This document shows, piece by piece, positions 1-9,564 of a stretch of DNA of 64,000 bases (positions within the stretch are counted from its first letter, which is position 1; each line of letters starts with the position of its first letter). This DNA is from a virus. Both the position numbers and the translations under genes were made by a program. The stretch is from positions 5,908 through 69,907 of IMG/VR virus record IMGVR_UViG_3300027791_000015; one strand, given 5' to 3'. The notes under the pieces were generated by a model. The model was not told the DNA's origin and made no database searches. It saw only the letters and a list, made by a program, of their open reading frames with translations.

Positions 1-293
1 TTGGAGATTGCATTATTTGCTTGTCATTACTTAAATCTTGCCGAAATTCTTATCCAGATCACAATATTAACATAGTTACAGAACCTAAATATTTTAATGT
101 ATTTAAGGGCTGTGCTTTTGTTGATAATATGGTTCCCTTTAATCCCCTACTAGAACAAGAAATGTATGTAATCGGTGCCAGTAAAGAAAAAGGCTTTGGG
201 GTTTTTGTTATGCCTGCTGTTGGCAGTCAAAAACATCTAAATTACCTAAGCAACAATAGTCCAGAAATGCTGGCCGAACCTAATTTCAAATAA
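1..293 (+). CDS. 5'-partial glycosyltransferase, GT9-like N-terminal lobe
   Basis: Frame is open from base 3: GDCIICLSLLKSCRNSYPDHNINIVTEPKYFNVF resembles the GD..L...L...YP..I N-terminal motif of GT9 enzymes. The true start lies upstream of the window. Confidence 0.6.
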   Translation, partial: GDCIICLSLLKSCRNSYPDHNINIVTEPKYFNVFKGCAFVDNMVPFNPLLEQEMYVIGASKEKGFGVFVMPAVGSQKHLNYLSNNSPEMLAEPNFK

Positions 294-355
294 AACAACA
301 TTAATTAAAAAATGAAATATATTTCCCATCTAATTCAAAAAAATATTATACTAGT

Positions 356-1495
356 ATGAATCTTTTAGAAAGATATTCACTCTCGACTGGGTTTAAAATC
401 AACAAGCTAGCTCCAAGTGAAGATTTTTATCCAGTCCCTTCTAAATATATTACAATCCAAACCTCGTCTGGGATGGAAAGTAAAAACTATGATTATTATA
501 GCGATGTTCTTGATATCATAGCTCCCAAACTAAAAGAAATGGGCTATGAGATTTTACACATTGGTCTTGATTGTAATGAGTATCCTCACTGCATAAATTT
601 GATTAACAAGCTTAACATTAACCAAACATTCTATGTATTGCGAAATTCTAAACTGCATGTTGGAAATGATAGTTTTGCTGTTCATCACGCAGGACTATAC
701 GATATTCCAACTGTTGCTCTTTACGGTCCAACGACTCCTGTTAATCACGGACCTTACTTTAGAAAAAATGCTAAACTAATTGAATCACACAGAGATGGTA
801 AAAATCCTTCATTTTTGCCCCAAGAATCACCTAAGACTATTAATTATATAAAACCAGAAGAAGTGATTAATTCTATCTTTAATCACTTGGATATAGATCC
901 GATAAAGTCAGAGACTATTTTTATCGGCTCTGCTTATGGAAATCAGGTAATCGAAGTAATCCCCAACGTAGTGGTCAATCCCAATGCTCTTCAAGGGAAA
1001 ATGCCAATAATGAGATGCGACTATGAGTATGATGAAAAATTTGTCTGTGAAAATTTGTCAAGATGTAAGTATTCAGTTGTTACTGATAAAGAAACTCCTT
1101 TAAATTTATATCAACAATTTAAAAATAATATTCATGAAATCAGCTTTAAGGTTGACATGAACTCCGATATAGTATATATTAAGAATTTACGTAAAATTGG
1201 GCTCCCAGTTCGCCTATGGTCAGATGATAAAGAAAATATTAAAGACATTAGATTCAGGTTTTTGGACATTGATATGGTTTATATGAACAAGTATGAAGAA
1301 TGTAGTGTTGAAATTCCAGAAGGAGCTAAATATAAAAGCCATAAATATATTCTTAGTGACGGAAAAGTTTATATAAGCAAGGAAGATTGGAAAAATGATC
1401 GCTCGTTAAAAAATCCAGAAGAAAATATTTTAGAAATTAAAGAAAAAAGTCTTGACTTTCTTAAAGAAATACAGCATTTTAGAATCATATGTTAA
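356..1495 (+). CDS. Glycosyltransferase family 9 (heptosyltransferase-like) protein with C-terminal extension
   Basis: HVGNDSFAVHHAGLYDIPTVALYGPT matches the GT9 C-terminal signature (G.DSG..H.A.A...P.V.L.GPT). Confidence 0.8.
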   Translation: MNLLERYSLSTGFKINKLAPSEDFYPVPSKYITIQTSSGMESKNYDYYSDVLDIIAPKLKEMGYEILHIGLDCNEYPHCINLINKLNINQTFYVLRNSKLHVGNDSFAVHHAGLYDIPTVALYGPTTPVNHGPYFRKNAKLIESHRDGKNPSFLPQESPKTINYIKPEEVINSIFNHLDIDPIKSETIFIGSAYGNQVIEVIPNVVVNPNALQGKMPIMRCDYEYDEKFVCENLSRCKYSVVTDKETPLNLYQQFKNNIHEISFKVDMNSDIVYIKNLRKIGLPVRLWSDDKENIKDIRFRFLDIDMVYMNKYEECSVEIPEGAKYKSHKYILSDGKVYISKEDWKNDRSLKNPEENILEIKEKSLDFLKEIQHFRIIC

Positions 1496-1629
1496 TTCAA
1501 ATTGAATATTGCCAGACAGATCAGGCTTTTTTTTGTCTGTTTCGAGAAAAAACTTTCTGGGGAAACTCTGAAGCAGAATTGCTACTTGAATTAGCAAAAT
1601 TTCTAGACCCAAAGGTCTTTTTAAAATAA
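1489..1629 (+). CDS. Small hypothetical protein (46 aa, below ORF-track cutoff)
   Basis: MLIQIEYCQTDQAFFCLFREKTFWGNSEAELLLELAKFLDPKVFLK; overlaps the preceding stop and fills the gap in a plus-strand run. Confidence 0.45.
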   Translation: MLIQIEYCQTDQAFFCLFREKTFWGNSEAELLLELAKFLDPKVFLK

Positions 1630-1653
1630 AAACTCCTAACTTAATAAACAATT

Positions 1654-1974
1654 ATGCAATCATCAATATTAAAAAACTCTGAAGATTTCGAGAAGCTAAA
1701 AGAGATGCTTATTCAAGACGCTGAAAGCAGTAATATGAATGCTGGTTTTTTTGACGAAGAACCAGAAGACTATCCTTGTTTGGTAAAAATCAGAGAACTC
1801 AATCATCACGTATTGGATTTACAGATTGATGAAACCGACGACGAAACCGACGACGAAACTGAACCAAATAATATGGAAGAAATGATTAACGATGGGCTCG
1901 AAGATATGAGTGGCTATTATTATGAATTTCATTTCTTAACACAAAAAGAAATCAAACAATTATTAGACGCTTAA
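1654..1974 (+). CDS. Acidic hypothetical protein
   Basis: 106-aa D/E-rich ORF in a co-directional run; contains a DETD repeat. Confidence 0.65.
   Translation: MQSSILKNSEDFEKLKEMLIQDAESSNMNAGFFDEEPEDYPCLVKIRELNHHVLDLQIDETDDETDDETEPNNMEEMINDGLEDMSGYYYEFHFLTQKEIKQLLDA
1828..1860 (+). repeat. 12-bp in-frame tandem repeat (~2.7 copies)
   Basis: GATGAAACCGAC GACGAAACCGAC GACGAAACT encoding DETD DETD DET. Confidence 0.8.
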
Positions 1975-1975
1975 A

Positions 1976-2830
1976 ATGCCAAAAAAGAAAAAAGAATATT
2001 ACGATCTTAAAAGATATATAAAGGAATCTGGAGTCGGGAATGTGATTCCTCTGGCCAATGATATTTATGAAACTTGGCTCAAAGACAATACTAAAGACAT
2101 TATTGAATTAGCTTCTACAAGCATAAAAAATTCTCCATCATCTGAAACAGAAATTATGAGTGAAAAAACAAAACATAAAGCAACTTCCACACCTTCGATC
2201 AATATTACCAAATTTGATTGGGAAAAATATCTAGATGAAAATCCTAAATTTAAGGGCAAAGACGAAAAGTCGGGAGTAGAAGTTCTGTTGTTGCAATTTT
2301 TTAAAGATTTGCTCCACAAAGAGGGCTTTACCTCTATTAGGTATGTTCCCCTAGGAGCCGCCGATCAAGGCTACTGTGGGCTCTCCTGTGAGATCCTATG
2401 GCAGAATGGGCAACTGACCTCTGGCATTGCAGACACCCATTTTAATAATTGCAAAAGCTTTACAAAATACTATCTCGCCGCAATGAGTGAAAATCGATCT
2501 TTCATTCGTGCGGTAAAAGCTTATTTTAACATACCCTATCTTGGCAAAGATGAAATTGGTGATGCACCAAAAGAAGATGAACCCAAGCGAGGAAAGGATG
2601 CTCCAACTGGACCCGATGTAACTCTAAAAAATAAGGTTAAGTCTATTCTTAAAATTTCAGAATTTGATAGTTTTAAAACTTTTCTACGGAAACAGGTTAA
2701 AGAAAATAAAGAAACCGCTTGGCTTAAAGAGGATGAATATTCTGATTGGGCAAGCTATTCCGACTGGCACGAGATTAATAAGAAAAAAATACTTGAGTTA
2801 GTTGGGTTGATCAATCAATACAAGAGATGA
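1976..2830 (+). CDS. Hypothetical protein, possible single-strand annealing recombinase (Rad52/Sak/RecT-like)
   Basis: AMSENRSFIRAVKAYFNIPYLGKDEI resembles the A.T/NRA..RA.R..F.I....E helix of phage SSAPs, followed by a flexible linker and a small C-terminal domain. Weak, motif-only. Confidence 0.4.
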   Translation: MPKKKKEYYDLKRYIKESGVGNVIPLANDIYETWLKDNTKDIIELASTSIKNSPSSETEIMSEKTKHKATSTPSINITKFDWEKYLDENPKFKGKDEKSGVEVLLLQFFKDLLHKEGFTSIRYVPLGAADQGYCGLSCEILWQNGQLTSGIADTHFNNCKSFTKYYLAAMSENRSFIRAVKAYFNIPYLGKDEIGDAPKEDEPKRGKDAPTGPDVTLKNKVKSILKISEFDSFKTFLRKQVKENKETAWLKEDEYSDWASYSDWHEINKKKILELVGLINQYKR

Positions 2831-3150
2831 TGCTAGAAATCATAAACTTAAGTTGCTTAAACTTTTTAATACTTTCTGCCTTCTTTTTAACAGACTTCAA
2901 GGTACATATTGTAAATACCATTTTTAGAAAAGACTTTGAAAGTGTAAGTCAAGCCGAGAATTATATTTTTCTTCATAAGGATATCAGAATATTATGGTCT
3001 GACTTCACATTATCTGGACTAATAAGGTGTCCAATTTGTTTTAATATTTGGGTTTCATTTTTTGTTAGCCTTATAGGACTCAATATCATATATTTCCCAA
3101 TAATATTCTTCATCTCGATTATGAGCTTTAAAATATTTAATAAAAAATGA
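2827..3150 (+). CDS. Membrane protein with CxxC (DUF1360-like)
   Basis: Hydrophobic N- and C-terminal segments around LIRCPICFNIWVSF; ATGA overlap with the previous gene. Confidence 0.6.
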   Translation: MMLEIINLSCLNFLILSAFFLTDFKVHIVNTIFRKDFESVSQAENYIFLHKDIRILWSDFTLSGLIRCPICFNIWVSFFVSLIGLNIIYFPIIFFISIMSFKIFNKK

Positions 3151-3407
3151 AATGTAAAATAACGAACACCTCAATAATCTTATTAATTGTAATCTCATTC
3201 GCTGTTGCCTGTTTTAATACAACCAATGGAATCTTTTTTGCAGTATTTACAAATACGATATTAAATTATATTAGCTTTTTAAGACAAAAACCAATAAAAA
3301 CGAAAGCAAAGAAACGAAAAATTTTAACTGTGGATGAATTTCGTCAAAAAGAAATCAAGGCTAATCCACACCGCCCTTATCCATATGCCGACGAATTTAC
3401 AGACTAA
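3147..3407 (+). CDS. Small membrane protein
   Basis: Two hydrophobic stretches then a basic tail; overlaps the upstream stop. Confidence 0.6.
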   Translation: MKCKITNTSIILLIVISFAVACFNTTNGIFFAVFTNTILNYISFLRQKPIKTKAKKRKILTVDEFRQKEIKANPHRPYPYADEFTD

Positions 3408-3559
3408 TGAAAAAAGATAATAAATGTTGCGTATGTTCTACCAAGTATGGTTCAATGACCTTTTGGAAGAATAAAGATTTCTGGCAAACGATGCTCATGT
3501 ATGCATGTGGTGTAGTTATGCTATTGCTTATGTTAACTCACTGCGGAAAAACAATGTAA
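3407..3559 (+). CDS. Small membrane protein (50 aa)
   Basis: TAATG-coupled ORF MKKDNKCCVCSTKYG...MLMYACGVVMLLLMLTHCGKTM. Confidence 0.5.
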   Translation: MKKDNKCCVCSTKYGSMTFWKNKDFWQTMLMYACGVVMLLLMLTHCGKTM

Positions 3560-3560
3560 T

Positions 3561-3725
3561 ATGAATATAGGAAAATATTGTTTAGACATAACCGAGTTTG
3601 AATCACGTCCGTGGTTTAGAGTGGAGATTGAATATGAAGGAGAAGATGAGGAAAAGGGGTATGCTTACGTCCACCGTGGCTGGTTGTGGTTTGTGATATC
3701 ACGTAGAGAGGGCTTTGGCTGGTAA
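3561..3725 (+). CDS. Small hypothetical protein (54 aa)
   Basis: MNIGKYCLDITEFESRPWFRVEIEYEG...WLWFVISRREGFGW; starts 1 nt after the previous stop. Confidence 0.5.
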   Translation: MNIGKYCLDITEFESRPWFRVEIEYEGEDEEKGYAYVHRGWLWFVISRREGFGW

Positions 3726-3753
3726 GAGTCCCAATAAAAAACAAATCAAGGCG

Positions 3754-3782
3754 TTGACGACGACAATAAAATTTTTTAAAGT
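3754..3782 (+). promoter_or_regulatory. Putative sigma70-like promoter
   Basis: TTGACG-N17-TAAAGT, 8 nt before the ATG at 3791. Confidence 0.4.
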
Positions 3783-3790
3783 ATAAACAA

Positions 3791-4228
3791 ATGGAAAAAA
3801 TAGTATTAGTAACTGGTGGCTTTGATCCACTTCATTCTGGTCACCTTGCTTATTTAAAAGAGGCAAGGAAACTTGGGGACAAGCTTATCGTTGGAATAAA
3901 TTCTGACGATTGGCTGACTCGAAAAAAAGGTAAAAGCTTCTTGCCAGAAAAAGAACGGCACGAAATATTATCTGCGATTAGATATGTAGATGGTTGCATC
4001 TTGTTTAACGATAGTGATGACACGGCTATTGAAGCTATTAAAAATGTTAAAATGTTATTTCCATTTGCTCAGATAATTTTTGCTAATGGTGGCGACAGGT
4101 CAACCGACAATATTCCAGAATTTGGAGATGACTTGTTTTTCGATGATGTCGAATTTGTGTTTGGTGTCGGCGGTGAAGATAAAAAAAATAGCAGTAGTTG
4201 GATTCTAAAAAAATATGAAAAAAATTAA
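3791..4228 (+). CDS. Cytidylyl/adenylyltransferase (RfaE domain II / TagD-like)
   Basis: VTGGFDPLHSGH (HxGH), GINSDDWL.RKKG, FANGGDR, GVGGEDKKNSSSWIL. Confidence 0.9.
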   Translation: MEKIVLVTGGFDPLHSGHLAYLKEARKLGDKLIVGINSDDWLTRKKGKSFLPEKERHEILSAIRYVDGCILFNDSDDTAIEAIKNVKMLFPFAQIIFANGGDRSTDNIPEFGDDLFFDDVEFVFGVGGEDKKNSSSWILKKYEKN

Positions 4229-4254
4229 AGTATTCGTATAGAAAGTTTTAGAAA

Positions 4255-4524
4255 ATGACCAAATTTGATTATAAAAAGCCCACAGCGCAAATGCTGGGTA
4301 GATGGCAACCTTGGCATAAGGAGCATACTGAATTATTCAAGAAGGCGTTAAGTAAAACTGGACAGATTTGCATTATGTTAAGCCTTGCAGAACAAGACGA
4401 CAGTAATCCATTCGATCCACTCACAGTTACAAATAATATTAAGAAGGTTTTATTGAACGAAGGATATACGTTTAACAAACAATATACCATTATTGTTGTG
4501 CCAAATATTATAGATATCAGTTAG
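4255..4524 (+). pseudogene. Probably truncated nucleotidyltransferase-like protein
   Basis: QMLGRWQPWHKEH is a degenerate HxGH; the ORF stops at VPNIIDIS-TAG-GGA exactly where the convergent LRR gene ends, and lacks the usual C-terminal ISAT.IR motif. Confidence 0.5.
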
Positions 4525-7500
4525 GGAGTAGCAGGCTTGGCCTCTTTCCATGCACGAACTGAAAAACCAATCCGATCTCTAATTGCTGTACCGCCACCAG
4601 GGGTGGGATTAGTCTGATCTGCAGTTACCAAAGCATCACCATCAATACTCGCGATTGCCGATATATTACCACCTTGGACAAAACTGGGTGGGGACTTGCT
4701 GGGGTCATACCAGTAATAACGTATCCTCAAATTGTAGCCCGCCAAAGAACCGGTCGATTTAGCTGTAACTATCGCTCGACCGTATTGCTGACCACCGATT
4801 GCTTCGCTATTAATAAACTCAACTACTGTTTGGCTATCGTTGTAATTAATACTTGAATTGGTTGAATGTATTGGGGTGTTTATAGTAGAGATTATTGCAA
4901 TGGTATCATCATCATAAAATGGGGTAAAATCATGATTATTGTTTGTGCGAATAGAAGTAAATTCCACAGAATTATTTATATCAAATATTGGTATGTATAA
5001 ATTACTCGGAGTGTGATTTTTATAATAAGCATTGTTATTTGAATCCAAGGCTATATGAATACCCCATCCACTTTTAAAAGAATCATACGTAACTTTACCT
5101 GAATAGCTCGTCGCGCCTGTTGTTCTGATCGGATCGGTTTCAAAAATTGCTGAAGTAATTTGTACATTGCCTGGGTCATAATATTCATGTGTTGCAAAGG
5201 TTGGAGCGTCTCCTTCAAATCTAACAATTAACAGGTTGTCGCATCCAAAAAACACACGATATCCAATCGAGGTCACATTGTCGGGAATCGTGATATCGGT
5301 TAGTTTTGAGCATCTAAAGAATGCAAAATCTCCAATCGAGGTCACACCACTGCCAATCGTGATATCGGTTAGGCTAATGCATCTATTGAATGCGCTCTTC
5401 CCAATCGCTGTTACGCTGTCAGGAATGGTAATGCTAGGCAGGCTTGTGCAGGTATTGAATGCATCCCTTTTAATAGTGGTCAAAGTATTGGGTAGCGTGA
5501 CACTTACCAGATTTGAGCAGAATCTGAATGTCCCATCTTCAATCGAGGTCACGCTGTCTGGGATGGTAATACTGGTCAGGCCATCGCATTCCCAGAATGC
5601 ATTAGTTCCAATCGAGGTCACGCTGTCTGGGATGGTAATGCTGCTTAGGAATGTGCAGTTTTGGAATGCCGCCGTTCCAATCGCGGTCACGGCTAAGCCA
5701 TTATAAGTGCTGGGAATATCCAAGGTTCCGAAAGCAGTTTCTATACAATCGGCCACTCTATACGTTCCATCACCCCTTAAGGTAAACGTTAGGGAAGCTA
5801 CTGATGCTAGCGTTCTAACACCCAAACCTCCATACTTGCTTACACCATCTCCACCATTAGCTGGGGATATGTAGCTGCTAAACGCTCCAGATGGGACGCT
5901 AGCAAATTGTCCGGAAACATCGGGACTTTCTATACGGCCAAATGGACCCACTAGATAACTAGTAGTGCCCTCAAAGTCAATCTCTAAAACTGGAGCGGTT
6001 GTACCCTCAAAGTTAATTAAAGTGACACTATCTAAGTATCGTAAAGCAGCAAATCCAATATTAGTAACACTGCTTGGTATCGTAATGCTGGTCAGGCTAG
6101 AGCAGCCATAGAATGTCTCCTGTTCAATCAAGGTTACACCGTCGGGTATCGTAATGCTGGTTAGACTACTGCATCTAGTGAATGCCCCTTCTCCAATCGA
6201 TGTCACACTGTCGGGAATGGTAATACTGGTTAGGCTAGTGTTACCACCGAATGCAGTATTTCCAATCGAAGTCACGCTGTCTGGGAGGATAATGCTAGGC
6301 AGGCTAGAGCAGCCGTTGAATGCGCCTTGCCCAATAGAAGTCACGCTGTCGGGGATCGTAACGCTGGTCAGGGAAGTGCAGGAACTGAATACACCAATTG
6401 CAATCGAGGTCACGCTATCGGGTATGGTAATGCTGGTCAGGCTAGTGCAGTAACTGAAAGCAAAAGCGTCAATCGAGGTCACGCTGTCTGGGAGGATAAT
6501 GCTGCTTGCGCTAAAGCAGGATCTGAATGCACTAGTTCCAATTGAGGTCACGCCATCGGGGATCGTAATACTGGTCAGGCTAGTGCATAAAAAGAATGCA
6601 ATATCCCCAATCGAAGTCACGTTATCAGGAATAGTAACGTTGGTCAGGCTAGTGCAATTATGGAATGTAGCATTTTCAATCAAGGTCACGGCGTCGGGGA
6701 TATTAATGCTAGTCAGGCTAGAGCAGTTTGTGAATGCACTATTTCCAATCGAGGTCAAATTGCTACTACTACCAATCGTTATACTAGTTGCGTTTTTGCA
6801 GTTATAGAATGCCCGTATTCCAATCGAGGCCACGCTGTCTGGCAGCGTAATGCTGGTCAGACTTTGGCAATTTTCGAATGCATTATATCCAATCGAGGTC
6901 ACTGGTAATTCATCCGGTGATTGTGATGTATCTAGATGGGTACTGGGAACATCTATTGTTCCGCTAGCAAATGTCGGGCAATTAGTCACAGAATACTCAG
7001 TGCCATCATCATTCAAGGTAAAAGTAAGACCGACATTAGAAGCGTCGATTGATTCGTTTATGTCTAAACCTGCGTATGTTGTTCCATTTCCTGCATTTTG
7101 GTAACTTACTATTGTATTCAGTGGGACGGTAATTGTTGTGGTCAAAATGCCTTGCCAATCAGGGTATGGTATTTTGTTGGATAAGACGGGGGCAGATGTT
7201 GCTAGACAGGTTATGCTGCCTAGACTAGAACACTGGTCGAACGCTGAGATTCCAATCGAGGTCACGCTATCGGGAATGGTTATGCTGCTTAGGCTAGTGC
7301 AATTTTCGAATGCATTGTTTCCAATTGTTTCCAAGTCTTCGGAAAGATCAATATTAATTAGGCTAGAGCAGCTTTTGAATGCACTGCTTCCAATCTCGGT
7401 CACACCGTCGGGGAGGGTGATGTTGATTAGACTTGTGCAGCTTTGAAACGCATTATTGCCAATCGAGATCAATTCTTCGGAAAGGTTAATACTGATTAGG

Positions 7501-9506
7501 TTAATGCAGTTATTGAATGCGTAAGTTTCAATTGCGGTCACATTGTCGGGAATCGTAATACTATTTAGGCTTGTGCATAATCGGAATGACCCAGATTCAA
7601 TCGACGTCAAACTGTCGGGAAGGGAAACATCATCTAAGCTAACACATTCATTAAATAACCTACATGCAATCTCGGTCACACCTTCAGGGATTACAACTTC
7701 GGTTAATCCGGTCCTTTCGAATGCGGCTTCTCCAATTGAAGTCACACTGTCTGGAATTGTGACTCTTCTTAAGAAAAGGCAGTCACGGAATGCAGCATCC
7801 CCAATCGAGGTAATACTGTTAGGAATCACAACACTTGTTAATAAAATGCAGTTTTCGAATGTGCTATCTTCAATCGAACTTATATTTCCGATTATGTTTT
7901 CAATGCTTTCCAAGCTAATGCAGTTTTCGAACGCAAAGGCCCTAATCCTAGTTAAGCTGTTGGGAGTTACAATGCTTTCCAAACTAGAGCATCCTTGGAA
8001 AGTGTATAGTGGAATTGTTGTTATACCGTCCCCCATATCTACGGTTGTTAGAGCTATACAATCTTTGAATAAAGCTATCCCAATCGAGGTTACACTGTCT
8101 GGAATTACTACACTTGTTAGAGCTATGCAATCTTTGAATGCACAGCTTGCAATGGAGGTCACTGGTAATGTATCCTCTGATTGTAATGTGTCTAGGTGAG
8201 TACTTGGAATATCTAATGATCCATTGTATTCTGTTCCACAACTAGTTAAGACGTAAGCCGTACCATCTTCATTTATCTCAAATACTATGTCAGATCCTGA
8301 ATTAGAATAATTATTAGATACCGTCGCCTTTATAGTTGCAAAATATCTTGCATCGTCAGTTGATCCCTTGTCTGCATCTCCCCTAGATGGATATTGCACT
8401 ATACACTCTTCATTTACATTTGCGGAAGCTCCATATACCACTGGAAATCCATTGTTAAACTTATGATATACATTTTCCTCTGGATCATAAGCCAAAGGTG
8501 CCGAAGCTTCAGATGGGCTAAATATGGCAAATTTTTTCAATTCTCCAGTTACATTCAATTCTAATGTAGCTGCATCGGCAAACCAATTATTGCTTTGAGG
8601 AGCAGACAAAAGTCTAGGATCATAAGACCCAAACTCTGCAGGATCAAAATCTAAAGTCTGTTGAATTCTAGTTATAGGATTAAATGCTAAAATAGTAGTT
8701 CCGTATAATGGCGGAAAAACCGCCCATTCACCAACTGTAGTTGGGGGAGCAAATCTGGAAATAAATGCTGCATCATCAGCTTCACCAGGTGTCAGTTCTT
8801 TTTCAGGGATTTCTTCCGTGTGTACATATAAGTCATTTTGACTTGGATTATAACATATTACGTTCCCAGTGCGTCCAGCCATGACCGCCCAGTCCCCAAC
8901 AACAGATGGCCCTGCAAAGAAGTATGGGCCAAGTGTACCATTATCTGCACTTATCTGGGGCTGACCATGTGTAACTTGCTGAACAGATTGAAAATATGGA
9001 TTGACTGCAATAATTTGTGGCGAAAATGTTGGAGCAAAAACTGCCCAGTCTCCTACCGTCGCAGTACCTCCAAATGGATTAGGCGAGGATTGTGGATCGT
9101 AATCTCCAGTATAATTTAGTTCAAAGCCACCCTCATTTACTGGATCAAAACAATAAGCTATACGCTTAGAAACACTATAATCCACTATCTCAAATACTGC
9201 ATATTGTCCAACTCCAGCAACCCCACCAATTGATCTATCAAAACTTAAAGGGAATTGTTTAACAATATCATTTTGTGGATCGTAAAATACAATAGAGTCT
9301 GGACCGCCAGGAACATTCATCCCCATAGTAGCAAAATTACCAACAGCAGCTATTCCATAGGTAAATCCCCCAGTGACGGTTTGGGATGGTGTTTGATATA
9401 GTCTCTTATATGGGTTGTAAGAGGGTATAATAGAGGTTTCTTCTTCTACGTTATATGATGGTGGAAAAACCGCCCAATCTCCTATAGATGCACTTTTTTT
9501 TGACAT
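4521..9506 (-). CDS. Large adhesin/receptor-binding-like protein: N-terminal beta-propeller-like repeats, three BspA-type (LRR_5) arrays, unique C-terminal domain
   Basis: About 8 xxVGDWAVFxP...YNP repeats in the first ~390 aa; 14+13+7 units of [23 protein letters not shown], each array with its own N-cap and a C-terminal AP motif. Confidence 0.85.
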   Translation of the reverse strand: MSKKSASIGDWAVFPPSYNVEEETSIIPSYNPYKRLYQTPSQTVTGGFTYGIAAVGNFATMGMNVPGGPDSIVFYDPQNDIVKQFPLSFDRSIGGVAGVGQYAVFEIVDYSVSKRIAYCFDPVNEGGFELNYTGDYDPQSSPNPFGGTATVGDWAVFAPTFSPQIIAVNPYFQSVQQVTHGQPQISADNGTLGPYFFAGPSVVGDWAVMAGRTGNVICYNPSQNDLYVHTEEIPEKELTPGEADDAAFISRFAPPTTVGEWAVFPPLYGTTILAFNPITRIQQTLDFDPAEFGSYDPRLLSAPQSNNWFADAATLELNVTGELKKFAIFSPSEASAPLAYDPEENVYHKFNNGFPVVYGASANVNEECIVQYPSRGDADKGSTDDARYFATIKATVSNNYSNSGSDIVFEINEDGTAYVLTSCGTEYNGSLDIPSTHLDTLQSEDTLPVTSIASCAFKDCIALTSVVIPDSVTSIGIALFKDCIALTTVDMGDGITTIPLYTFQGCSSLESIVTPNSLTRIRAFAFENCISLESIENIIGNISSIEDSTFENCILLTSVVIPNSITSIGDAAFRDCLFLRRVTIPDSVTSIGEAAFERTGLTEVVIPEGVTEIACRLFNECVSLDDVSLPDSLTSIESGSFRLCTSLNSITIPDNVTAIETYAFNNCINLISINLSEELISIGNNAFQSCTSLINITLPDGVTEIGSSAFKSCSSLINIDLSEDLETIGNNAFENCTSLSSITIPDSVTSIGISAFDQCSSLGSITCLATSAPVLSNKIPYPDWQGILTTTITVPLNTIVSYQNAGNGTTYAGLDINESIDASNVGLTFTLNDDGTEYSVTNCPTFASGTIDVPSTHLDTSQSPDELPVTSIGYNAFENCQSLTSITLPDSVASIGIRAFYNCKNATSITIGSSSNLTSIGNSAFTNCSSLTSINIPDAVTLIENATFHNCTSLTNVTIPDNVTSIGDIAFFLCTSLTSITIPDGVTSIGTSAFRSCFSASSIILPDSVTSIDAFAFSYCTSLTSITIPDSVTSIAIGVFSSCTSLTSVTIPDSVTSIGQGAFNGCSSLPSIILPDSVTSIGNTAFGGNTSLTSITIPDSVTSIGEGAFTRCSSLTSITIPDGVTLIEQETFYGCSSLTSITIPSSVTNIGFAALRYLDSVTLINFEGTTAPVLEIDFEGTTSYLVGPFGRIESPDVSGQFASVPSGAFSSYISPANGGDGVSKYGGLGVRTLASVASLTFTLRGDGTYRVADCIETAFGTLDIPSTYNGLAVTAIGTAAFQNCTFLSSITIPDSVTSIGTNAFWECDGLTSITIPDSVTSIEDGTFRFCSNLVSVTLPNTLTTIKRDAFNTCTSLPSITIPDSVTAIGKSAFNRCISLTDITIGSGVTSIGDFAFFRCSKLTDITIPDNVTSIGYRVFFGCDNLLIVRFEGDAPTFATHEYYDPGNVQITSAIFETDPIRTTGATSYSGKVTYDSFKSGWGIHIALDSNNNAYYKNHTPSNLYIPIFDINNSVEFTSIRTNNNHDFTPFYDDDTIAIISTINTPIHSTNSSINYNDSQTVVEFINSEAIGGQQYGRAIVTAKSTGSLAGYNLRIRYYWYDPSKSPPSFVQGGNISAIASIDGDALVTADQTNPTPGGGTAIRDRIGFSVRAWKEAKPATP
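6900..6949. repeat. 50-bp exact direct repeat shared with 10549..10598
   Basis: cactggtaattcatccggtgattgtgatgtatctagatgggtactgggaa in two different LRR genes (PSTHLDTSQSPDELPV); diverged third copy near 8160..8209. Confidence 0.9.
7073..7110. repeat. 38-bp exact inverted repeat shared with 53835..53872
   Basis: agtaagttaccaaaatgcaggaaatggaacaacatacg ([12 protein letters not shown]) in LRR C-caps on opposite strands. Confidence 0.88.
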
Positions 9507-9564
9507 TTTTTTTATTTTCTAATTGATTTGGTTATATTATTTTATCGTATTTTTTACTATAATG

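Noticed and set aside
322-349. TTTCCC-N16-TATTAT before the GT9 gene as another late promoter
   Set aside because: Lacks the otherwise invariant TGTAA; could be chance in AT-rich DNA.
1496-1653. Several short hairpins suggesting a structured ncRNA
   Set aside because: Stems are short and AT-rich, and a 46-aa ORF (1489-1629) covers the region.
4522-4524. TAG stop-codon reassignment suggested by the IS-TAG-G ending
   Set aside because: Multi-kb ORFs are intact and densely packed in the standard code, and TAG ends other genes (16436, 43608) normally.
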